Shown: positions 9,898 to 20,193, numbered from the stretch's first letter. The stretch: 20,635 bases of DNA from Cystobasidiomycetes sp. EMM_F5 (GCA_051047955.1 JBPGPT010000017.1:310001-330635), one strand, 5' to 3'. The notes: a model not told the origin generated them from the letters alone. Numbers and translations: made by a program.

Positions 9898-12152
9898 CTA
9901 CGTTCTTCTGACAGATTCCCGATGCCTCGCTCGCGCACTGGCGACCTCCAAACTATGTCTGGCTGCATTACGCTGCGCAATCTTGGCAGAAGCAGCCGGT
10001 CCAAGCAGATCTTTAGCGTTCGTCAAGCCACTCCCATCCGTTTGGCTTTTTGCAGCCTCTTTGGCCTTTATCTGTATACCAAGCACGCTGTTCGTCAATT
10101 ATTTTGTCAAGTGCAGGCTGACGATGCGTATACTGACCCTTTCCAAGAGGCTGCTAGCTCGCTGAGCGGCGACAGGCTTGGTGGGACTCGGCGAACCCGA
10201 CGTATTGCCACCGTTCAGCAATTTCCTTCTCTTCTCGGTCGAATGGTCAATAAGCATGTTCCCGCTGTCGTCTCTGGCAGTCTTTGCATCAACACTCGCA
10301 ACATCGCTGCTCCTTTTCGATAGTGATGGGGAAGCCGAGCACGAAGCTAGAGTATCACTGGAGATACATTTGCTTGTACGCTGAGACTTGAATGGCGATG
10401 AGTGAGATTGGCCTAGCTCCGGCAAGCTAGCGGCAGGAATGGGAGGCAGAGCATCGAGAATGAAGCCTTTCTTGAATGCGAATGGCGATCCAGCGCGATT
10501 CGACGGAGATGTTTGTCTACAATGTGCAGAAGAAGCAGGACTAGGAAGATGACTTGATGATGCCCCGTTGAGTGCATCCAAGAATGCAGACTTTATTGAT
10601 GAAGCTCGGTTCTCAGATTGTGTGCATGAAGAGTTCGCAAAGTCCTGTAAGCGGTTCATAGCCGTCAGCATACCTTGTATATCTAGTCCCGGAGTGGCAG
10701 ACTTGCATCGTGTGCTTTTACGACACATTCGCCTAATCGTCTCCGGAGTTCCTGTCTTCTGAAATCTGCATTGGAGCTCCAGAGGGGCATGACTGAAAGG
10801 CCCGACCGCTTGAATCTGTTTATTGAACTGCATGACGACGGGGACGACTGGGGCGACTGTGGAGAAGTTGGTACTGCACGCCTAGTGGGTGGGGTGGTTG
10901 CGTTGTGCTTTTTGTGTCGGCGCTCTGCGGACGGCGTAGAGGATGATGGTGAATTTGGATTGTAAACGACTTCAAATTCGGGCTGGGGGGTATTGTGCTT
11001 GATCTGTAGCTGAATGCCGATACCCCACGTACGTACTCTTCGCATTTTCATTTTATCCAACTCTTGTGTGCTCGTCACAGAGAAAGAGAGGCCCCCTCTC
11101 CGTTTCTCTTTCGACTTGCTTCGACTACTCAGACTTGTGCTAGACGTTTGCTGTTCGTCTCCCTCTGTCGCGTAGGGACCGTTCAGGCCGCCTTCCCATA
11201 ACCAAACCAGTTGAGCCAACTCTGTGGGCCCAAACCTCTTCCCACACCCCCTTTCGACGCTTGACCGAATCGAAGAGTATGTGACTAGGTCCGGCAGATC
11301 TACATGCAAAATGCTATTACCCTGTATACCCTGTTCATTATTTTCAGCGGATGCAAGAGCCATGGCGGCAGATGCTTTTGAGCCTTCTGTAGCTAGGTGG
11401 AGGAGTAGAGCGCGCTCAACGGCTACGTGAAGGTTGAGGAGATGCGTGTAATGTTGTGGAAGCGGGATATGCAGGGCATCGATTGACTGATTGCTCGATG
11501 TTGTGGAGGGTAATGAGCGTTCTTGAGACTTCCTCGCTTTCGATGGCGTTAGAAGAGGATGGTTTGCAGTTGCCTTGATGAGTGGGGACGCGGTCGACTG
11601 AGCCGAGGGATGTGAGAGAAAGGCTCGAGATGCCCTGGCTGAGGGGCTTGCAGAGGGAGATGGCAGTAGGCTTGGATGAGATTGGCGATACGAAGGCGAT
11701 GAGTGGATGTCTGTGAGCGGGGAAGGTTGCTCTACCTCTAAACCATCGTCAGAGTCGCTCTTGTCGTGCCCGAGGTCTGCATCGTCGGTCCTTGACGCAG
11801 ACGGCGGGGGTGTGATGCACTCCCTCTCCCACCCCCTCCTTCGCTTCAATCGCCCACCCTTACTTACACAACGAGGGCACATGTACTCCTCCTCGTCAGT
11901 CACACTCCCTCCTGCCAGCCCGACGCACTCTGCATGCAGCCACACGGCGCACTCGTCGCACTGGACCATCAGAGTGCCAATATCCATGTTTTGCTCGCAG
12001 ACGCATCGAATAACGGCAGCGTCGTCGCCCACTCGCTCGTCGGGCTGCCCGAGCCATCCGCCAGCTGCAGTACGAGGATGTGGTAGAGGCCTGTACACCC
12101 TCCCGGCGAGGTGCACTTTGAGTCGCGGCGACGGCGAGGAGGGGGTGTTCAT
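9898..12152 (-). CDS. PHD finger + Cdt1-like replication licensing protein, about 708 aa. Exons 12152-10707, 10644-10138, 10071-9898
   Basis: A C4HC3 PHD finger (CVC...MVQCDECAVWLHAECV...YMCPRC) lies at about 12005-11868. It is followed by a Cdt1-like middle domain (LPQHYTHLLNLHVAVERAL...TYSSIRSSVERGCGKRFGPTELAQL...RRQELRRRL) and the Cdt1-type motif SLLERIKAKE, formed across intron 10137-10072. Intron 10706-10645 is GC-AG. The first in-frame ATG is at 12152. Confidence 0.78.
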
Positions 12153-12240
12153 GATTGCGAGCAGTTCATGCGATGGACGGAGGAGCAGTGCTCTTCTCCT
12201 CAGACGATGCAGGAGGTGGTAAGAGGAGGCCAGCAGCCAC

Positions 12241-12255
12241 ACGCGTAGAGCGCGT
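12241..12255. promoter_or_regulatory. MCB element (ACGCGT, 12241-12246) plus a near-match GCGCGT (12250-12255) in the short divergent promoter between the Cdt1-like gene and YME2
   Basis: The sequence acgcgtagagcgcgt lies about 90 bp upstream of the Cdt1-like ATG. ACGCGT is the established MBF-binding site of fungal G1/S genes. Confidence 0.55.
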
Positions 12256-12313
12256 TCAGGCAATCGGATTTACAATGAAAGTCACGAGAAAGTTGGAGGT
12301 GCTCAGTAGACTA

Positions 12314-12342
12314 CTGACGCTGACACTGACGCTGACACTGAC
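12314..12342 (+). repeat. Hexamer tandem repeat (CTGACR), about 5 copies
   Basis: ctgacg-ctgaca-ctgacg-ctgaca-ctgac, read directly from the sequence. Confidence 0.9.
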
Positions 12343-12350
12343 TGCCAGTA

Positions 12351-15300
12351 ATGCAGCAGAGATGGCACTGGCAGGTCACTCTGTCGAGTCGGCGGCGATT
12401 CTGCCTCGGCCGGCGAAGGATGGCTTCCATAGCGTCACTTCCCGGCACCGACGACGTTGGCGAGTCGGGTCTGGCGTCGTCGTCTTCGGAAAGTGCTCAA
12501 GAAGTCATGGATAGCGTGCAGAGAAAGACTGTCTACTTTTACGTCGACACCGTCTTCCCGCTCAAATTGGGCATTTGGGATATCCGCTATGCACTGGCAG
12601 AGGTGGAAAAGGAGACACTGCTCCAACGCATACGAGCACGGATACCAAAGGATACTGGACACGGCTTCAGAGTAGAGTCGGTCGAGGCACGGCAGAAGGA
12701 TGGCGGCGCTTTTGTCAGGTGCACCTACCTGCCCGACACAATGGCCTACCAAGGTCAGGTCGATACGTCACTATCCGATATATCCTCAAAGGTCGTCGAA
12801 GCATACGCAGCAGCCGGAGAGAGGCCGTGGTACAGCTGGAAGACGTCGCAGGCACATCTCGTCAGGGGCAAGCCTTGGAGGGAGGATATTGTAAACAGGT
12901 TCCCATCGTCCACCCTGCGCGTGGAATTTGAGAGCGGACCAGAACTCTCTCAAGAGCAGGTCTTTGAGATATTCCGACCTTATGGGCGTATAAGAGACCT
13001 AGAACCGCAATCTCCAGCAAGCAAAGATCTACCTAGGTTTGCAAACGTATCTTTCACCGCGACGAGGTGGGTTTAGAAGTGCTTGTGAGGGATCGCAGCC
13101 TGATCACTCTTATTCGATATGCAGATCAGCCGCCGCTGCTAGAAATTGTTTATATGGCTACAAGTATATACCAGACGACACCAGTTCTTCTGCAACAGGC
13201 AGCGCACCGGGAACTGTCCTCCGCATACTGTACAAAGAACGTGTACGGGGAGGCAAAGCCTTTGGCGACTGGATGACATCGCATCCCCGAATAGTCATAC
13301 CCATCCTGGCAGTCTTGGTCGGCGGACTATCGTACGCCATCTTTGATCCTATCCGTGCATTCTTCATCAAGTGCAAAGTATCTGCGCTATTTGACTTGGA
13401 AAAGTATCGTATTACGAAATGGCTCAAGCGGGAGACGGTCGGAAGACTAGGAGTAAATCTGCAATTTTCAAGGCGAGACGGATCCAGCTATGGCTTGGGT
13501 GGCGACAAGGAAGGTCTAGAGAGCGGAACTGGCATTGAGAATGAACGAATAGACGCTGCCGAAAAACTGAAGGCTTGGCTGACTGACATGCCAGATACAT
13601 TTGTCACGATAACGTGAGTAATTCTGCGATATTCTTGATTCGGCGTCATGATTTTGACATACTCTTATGCTCTGCTCTTGATATCACCTTGCATTTGCAA
13701 AACAGTGGCCCGCCTGGGTCAGGCAAACAAGCACTCGTTTCTTCAGTAACTTCCCACGCCAAGAATATCATATACATCGATTGTTCCGAGCTCGTCAAGC
13801 AGGCAAGAGGTGGTGGCGGCGGTGGAAGTAGCGAATCGAAACTTGTATCCGCACTCGCAACACAACTTGGTTACTTCCCGCAGTTCCAGTGGGCCAACTC
13901 GTTTTCAAATCTAGTTGATATAGCTTCTGTTGGCCTTATTGGTACGAAAGCCGGGTTTGCAACCAACCTCGACGTACAGATAAAGCAGGTGAGTTGGGCA
14001 GGGCCAGCTGTTGCGAAACAGCTGCGTTCTGTCTATCTCCGTGAAGAAGCTGAGAAAGTGTGCATTCTTCATAGGTGCTTGACGTAGCTGCAGCAGCACT
14101 CAAGTCTTTGGCAGACGAAGCTAAGCAAGCTCGGGGTCAAGCGGCACAATTGGAGCGAGCTAGAGTAGAGATGCTGGCCGATTCCCCTGGCTTTGTCAGA
14201 AACGTGCGAGCTGGCAACATTCACGATGGCAGACTGGATTGCTTGGCTGGCGGTGGAATCATGGGAGAGCTTGGAATGGGCCTTGAACCGCAACCATCGG
14301 AAACACTCGATGAAGACAATTTGTCAAAGGTACTGCTGCCGCCACTAGTCTCGGAAGTGCTCCCGACCATATCAAACCAAGAGGCAAAGTCGGCCATAGC
14401 AGAAACTGCACCAATTGCGGTTCCAGATGCTGTTCCTCAGGAAGCGTCAAAAGGGTCAACAGGCATCGAGCCTGAAACGAAAGCCGATGTTCCGGTGCCT
14501 GTTGCTGAAGTCAATAGTAGCAGAGGCATCGGCACAGGGCCGAGCGTATCGACATCAGACCATGCTGGAAGCTACTCTCAGATATGGGGTCCTGCCTCCT
14601 TGCAGCGAGCACGACAAGCCACATCAAAGGTTGACGGCGATGAGGCAGCGGGCAAGTCGTCTACTGCCGACATCGACAACATGCCAATCGTAGTCATTCG
14701 CGGATTTGAAGCTACACATGGCAAGAATTTCGATGTCTTGTGGGCTGGCATGGCTGACTGGGCAGCTACGCTTGTGGAGAACAGGGTAAGTAGCTTGTGC
14801 TATCTCAGAGGCATCAAATTGATGGACATCACCGCCAACTCTGCAGATTGCGCACTGTATCTTCGTTAACGATACTGTGGCTGTTTCGCGATCACTTGCT
14901 CGCGGTACGTCCGTACCTGCGTTCCCCCATTGTTGTTGTACTGATTTATTTGATCCGCCAGCTTTGCCGAGCAAGCCTTTCAGCTCAATCACCCTTACTG
15001 ATGCTACTTCAGAGAATGCACTGGCGTATGTTCGCAAACAGCTCGCAGCGTACGGAAAGGAAGATCTAGCCCAGTCCGCCAAAGTAGACTCAATGTCACG
15101 CTTGGGCGGGCGGCTTACAGATCTAGAGACTCTCATACAGAAGATGAGGGGTGGGACAGACATTGATGAAGCCGTCAATGACATTATAACGAGATCTTCA
15201 ACGGAAATAGTCAAAAATTGCTTTGGCGATGACGCAGATGAAGCAAAGTCGCTGGCTTGGTCGCGCGAGCAGGTGTGGTATCTCATCAAGACGCTGTCAA

Positions 15301-15824
15301 AGGACAAGGAGCTATCGTATCCTGAGCTGCTCTCGGGAAGCAGTCCATTCAAAGACAACGAGAAGGCAATCCGCGCATTGGAACAAGCTGAAGTCGTCAC
15401 AATATTACATAAAGAGGGTAGGTTTGAGATCGAAAGTACGCGTTCGGGTTCACTGTTAGCTAATTCAACCATCTGTAAAGGGCACGCTGCAACCGTACGG
15501 CCCGGGAAGCCGTCATACCGCGCGGCCTTCGAAGTGCTTGCTGGCAATGCTGTCTTTGCCGCACAGAATGAGCTCGCATTGAATGCAAAAGCTACTGCGG
15601 CTGCACAAGCGGCTATCAAATCATCTTCCGAGGATCTTGCTCAACTCAGTCAATTATTCAGTAAAGACAATGGAAAATGGCTCTTCGGCGGCTCATACAC
15701 GATTCCCGTTGAAGTGGCTGCCAGAGTTGACGAGTGTCTAAAGAAGATGCACAAGGCGCAGGAGGACATAGTGAAGTTGGGCGAGCAAGCAAAGGAGCTC
15801 CGTGAAGCGCTAAAGACGGTCTAA
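12351..15824 (+). CDS. YME2: Mitochondrial escape protein 2 (Yme2/Rna12): RRM + transmembrane helix + P-loop (RNA12) domain; start codon uncertain (12351 or 12275)
   Basis: Arg-rich presequence-like N-terminus, then YVDTVFPL, KDGGAFV, LVRGKPWREDI..RFPS, FRPYGRIRD, DWMTSHPRIVIPIL...YAIFDPIRAFFI, Walker A TGPPGSGK, IDIASVGLIGTKAGF-type segment, LGGRLTDLE and RPGKPSYRAAF. Six GT-AG introns start at 13067, 13614, 13989, 14786, 14904 and 15418. Confidence 0.94.
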
Positions 15825-16080
15825 ACAGGGTACGCCGTATATGCATATTGAGGTCGTCCACGAAAGAATCAGTTCAATGCTATACCGTAAGCAAGTCAGT
15901 ATGCCCTTGTAGCAATCATCGTCGTTGTATTTTGTCAGGCCTGTACAATTTCAGGCTCTCCACCGTTTCCTTCTTGCCGCATTATGTCATGACGGAGCCG
16001 CGCCCACTCATGCCCTCTCGGGCGCGTACTCACACAAATGATACCACTCATGACTGAGTAGCCGTCTCTACGCGTCCAAC

Positions 16081-18946
16081 ATGGCAAACTCGCTGCTAAA
16101 CTGGTTCAAACCCAAAGCGGCGACTGGCAGGGATGAACACAACTCCAGCAGGCGCAGCGTAGACGAGCCCCGCGATGCAGACGGTGTACGACGTTCTTCT
16201 TTGCTGTGAGTACATATTGCACCTTTACGCGTGTTACATTGACACGTTGTGACCATCGGCCAGTACCCATAAACAAATGGCAGACCTAGAACAGCGAGAC
16301 GGCAAACGCGTTCAGGAGCCTTCTGAAGAGTAAGTAATCTATCTATGCCGTTGGGATAGACCGCCGAAGGCTCACAACGCGTAAAGTCGCATCAGCTCAA
16401 ACACGATTCAGCCTAAACCTGCGCCGCCTGGATCCACATCGGCCAGTCCGAAGCGCAAAACTACCAAGTCATCGCGACCGCTTGTCGAAGCTGGTCGTGA
16501 GCCCCGCAACTATGCATCATCCTCAAGACTTCGCATCGAGGATTTTGACAACAGCCTTCGTCATTTCAGCCCAGAACTTCCGCTTCCGCGCCGTGTGAGC
16601 CCAGAGCTGCAGGCTCCTCGTCAGATATCACCCGAGCTACCGGTCGTAGTCTCCCCTAGGAAGACTCACGTTACTACCGTTAAGAGCGGTACTCGTGTTG
16701 CCCACGCAGACCCTCAGCCGGCAGCTCAAATGCCGCGAAACCCGACTCCGATACCCTGGGAAACCGCATACACTCTATATCATTCACTCGACCAATTCAG
16801 AGCTCCTGCCGGTACTGACAAGCCGCCTTTTCCGTACTGGGTGATACTACGAGCAGCGATTCTCGGTTCTCCAGACAAGCAACTCTCGCTCACCGACTTG
16901 ACTAGTCAGATTATGGAGAAGTTCCCGTACGGCGTGGCTTCTTGCTTGCGTTCTTGCTGTTGTGTAAATGTATGCCTGATTCTTGTGTACCATCCAGACA
17001 CTTCAAGCAATTACCCGCATCTACCAATCAATTCCGCTTCAAAGGCGCTTTGGCCGATCGATTCTGTTTCGAGTGCAAAGGGTCCTTATGGACGGTCGAT
17101 GAAACTGTCGACCCTGCCGAAAGCAAGGCTACCAGGCGCAAAATGAAGGCCGCCGAGGAGCAGAAGCGGGAGATGGCCAATGATCCACTCATACAGCTTC
17201 TAGACCAGCCTGCATTACCCCGGAGCGCAGATCCCCTATTCGCTACCAGTCTGAGCCATCTGCCAGATTGTAGCATCGACCGACCGCCGCCATTTCCGTT
17301 GTGGACTTTGGCTCGTGCTGCCCTTCTTGGCTCGCCGAAACGCATGTTAACATGCTTTGACATCTCGAAAGCTATTATGACAAAGTATCCGTAAGCTGTG
17401 GGTTGATACAGAAATGAATCGCTTGCTGACGAATGTTCACAAATGCAGCGGTTGTGCGACGGGCTCGACACCTCTCACATCTGGTACATTGTGAGTGGTA
17501 CCAAATACGTTCGGCTCGATGGTGCTAAGTGTTCGTGCGCTGTAGGAATGTGCTAGAGTCCCGGGCTTGCTTCTACCAAGTGCAAGTAAAGGGCGGAAAT
17601 GTTCGAGTTTGGACAGTCGACCTGGACATCGACCCTAGACTGAAGCGCACTGCACGACTTCCGAAAAGTAATTTGCTGCCTGATCCTGCACCGACTGTTG
17701 ACAATACAACGCTGCCAGCATTTGACATTGACCTCGACCTCGACGCCATTGCGGCGGAATGTGCGGTGCAAATGGCTTATCTTCAGGAAGAGCAGCAGCG
17801 GTATGTCTGAGTCTATAGGAGGTGGTACAGGTTCTAATCGCCCATCATAGCTTTGACAAGAGGCAAATTATACTGCCGACCATTTCGAAGCCCGCTCAAC
17901 CCAGATCCTCTCAGGCCCCGCTGAGCGAAAATGTACCTCCACCGGCACTTGTTTCAGTAGCTGAACCGGCCTCAGACACGGCCAAAGTCCACGCGATGCC
18001 CCCGGCTCGTGCCATACATCATAAAGAGGCCTCAAAACCCATGAAGACAAAGGACCGGCCGGATCCTCCAGCTTCGCTTACCGGTCCAGATGCGAAAGCA
18101 GTGCCGCGCAGTATACCGACAATTGCCTCAAACTTAAAGCCTGCCTCATCTTCAGCTATTCCGAACAACCCTCGTCCGCCGATTATGCCAAGAGTGCCCT
18201 CGCCTGTGCTCGAGGAGCCACCACCTCGACCCTCGCCGAAAAAGGTTTCATCTCCTCTGAAACCTGCATGGAGTGTAGATCGCTGGAAACAGAAACGCAA
18301 GTCATCTCCAAGCCTCGTAGAACCAAATGCGCATCTGAGATCTCTCAAGATATGGGATGACCCGAAATCGAACATGAGTAGCGTTTCGCGAGTGCAAGCC
18401 GATGACACAGTACCGATGCACAAAGGTCCGAAAATTCGCAAGATTGAAAGAGAGCCATTATCTCCAGTCTCCTTGGACGAGGCAAAGCCCGTCAAGCCTG
18501 TTTATGCAAGCAAAGTCAAGTCTTCGTCAAACAAAGGGGGTTACCACTTAGGCACAAACAATGTCATCGTCCTCGATGACAGCTCAGAAGACGAGAGTGA
18601 TGACATGGGCGCGGCCTCGATAGTGCAGCCACGACGAGCTGAGCGGGTATGGAAGCCGCAAGTCTCCGAGCGTGCGCAGTATACTTGCGGAGTATCAGAT
18701 CCGCGGAAAGGCACAAATTGTGAAGTGCGCTTCAATACTCAGCTCGAGCGTACGGATCATCTTTCTCAGGCCCATGGCATCGTGGCTGCCGGCCCCGCAG
18801 CCAAGCGGACTATTCCCCAAACCAAAGCGGCGGGATCTCAGAGCTCGCCCAAGATCTCAAAGCGCGATGTGCCGTCGGGCAAGCCCAAGCAACCCACGAA
18901 GCGGGATGACGAGGAATCACGTCGACGTGTCAGTATCGAATTGTAG
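16081..18946 (+). CDS. Putative transcription regulator with two forkhead-like domains, long disordered S/P-rich regions and one C2H2-type zinc finger. Exons 16081-16205, 16264-16329, 16396-16926, 16998-17390, 17449-17490, 17546-17800, 17851-18946 (3' end could extend)
   Basis: Six GT-AG introns give one continuous frame from MANSLLNWFKPK. The forkhead N-terminal signature occurs twice (KPPFPYWVILRAAILGSPDKQLSLTDL...IMEKFP and PPPFPLWTLARAALLGSPKRMLTCFDI...IMTKYP), each followed by CF...WTVD. The finger reads YTC-x10-C-x3-F-x8-H-x4-H at 18680-18775. Confidence 0.82.
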
Positions 18947-19661
18947 AAACATCTGCACGCAGGCAGCGTTGATACGAGGATCAGGCAATCCCGATCAAAC
19001 ACATGGCTTTTCACAGCTGCATGGTGACCATGTTGATACGCAAGTCGCCTGCAAACTGCAATGGCGTGTCCCACAGATCGCAAACTCTGCAGAAGTACGA
19101 CCTCCAACTGCGTCCTGCACTTGCGGTGGGAGTGCAGTACGGACGCGAAATATTGCAGTTCAACAGCGCCAATTACTCTGACATTCCTCATATAATGACG
19201 ATGCTAAATAGATGTACATGCTCGCGGTGCTGATGCTTCCGCTGACCTGTATATATATACTGATCGGTCTACGTGCTGTCCGCCGGCAACATGATGCTCT
19301 GCATTCTAATTGTCAAGGCCAGAATTCTGTCCGCGGCGTTCATCACAGGTTTGAGTGGTCCAGCGCAAACAAATAATGTAATAGCCACATCCGACTCCCG
19401 CCATGATTACGGCAATCGAAGATGCCGTTTGAACCCCACGAAATTCCACACCGCCTCTTGCAGCAGTCAGGTTGAACGAGACGTAGAGGTGAAGCAGCAC
19501 TCATTGCGTGTGAGGAGGAGAGGTCGTGTCGCTCGCTACCTCTGCTGTCGTCCGGTTCAGTACTGTCAAACACGCCCAAGCCAGGAGTCAAGTGACTGTC
19601 GTGCAGTCATGATCAGGAAGTGATGACCAGGACTGGCGCACTGAGGCTGTGGCACACTCCA

Positions 19662-19670
19662 TATTTAATA
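19662..19670 (+). promoter_or_regulatory. Possible TATA-like element upstream of the 19774 ORF
   Basis: TATTTAATA lies about 105 bp upstream of the ATG, in otherwise GC-balanced sequence. Confidence 0.3.
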
Positions 19671-19773
19671 CCCCTGTAACAAACGCTGCCGCAACCCCTA
19701 CTTCTGCGCAATAACCGTCTTCTCCTGACAACGAACACGCAGGCCCCCATCAGCCTCAGCCTCAACTCCAGCA

Positions 19774-20193
19774 ATGAATTTTGACGACATGTCGTTCCTC
19801 CAAGTAATGGTGGTCTTTACTGCGGGAAGCATACTGGCCACAAGCGGCTGTTGCTTATTCGTATACGGCTGGCTGTGGCTCTGGAACGACTACAGCGACC
19901 TCAACATCTGGATTGGGTTGGCAGTTCTCGCAGCTGTGGCTCTGGTAGGCGTGCTTTACAACGAAATCAGCCCCAAAGTGCGCAATTTCATCGGAAAAAT
20001 ATACTCCTGCATGTATGAAACTGCAGCGAAGTTTGGGCCGCACTTCTCTGCGATTTTCCATGCTCAAGTTCGCTGGAACGCGGCGGAAGCTACAGTACCT
20101 GCTACACTCCCCAACTGCGAGGATGTGTTACTGTACGATGTAGAGACGCGTGCGGAGCCAGGCGCCGAAAGGTTGGAAAAGTCGCACTACTAG
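19774..20193 (+). CDS. Small hypothetical membrane protein, 139 aa, two predicted transmembrane helices
   Basis: Intronless ORF with the ATG in a plausible context (gcaATG). Two long hydrophobic segments (SFLQVMVVFTAGSILATSGCCLFVYGWLWLW; IWIGLAVLAAVALVGVLY) are followed by a polar tail. No family recognised. Confidence 0.6.
   Translation: MNFDDMSFLQVMVVFTAGSILATSGCCLFVYGWLWLWNDYSDLNIWIGLAVLAAVALVGVLYNEISPKVRNFIGKIYSCMYETAAKFGPHFSAIFHAQVRWNAAEATVPATLPNCEDVLLYDVETRAEPGAERLEKSHY

Noticed and set aside
12153..12263. N-terminal extension of the 526-aa ORF (MPERALRVW...)
   Set aside because: It begins at a non-ATG codon and covers the pyrimidine-rich leader and MCB region. The first ATG at 12152 is the likelier start.
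12314..12342. CRISPR-like or telomeric interpretation of the hexamer repeat
   Set aside because: The units are 6 bp with no spacers, do not match TTAGGG, and lie in a eukaryotic gene leader.
14624..15619. 331-aa minus-strand ORF
   Set aside because: It is the antisense shadow of YME2 coding exons, with no recognisable motifs.
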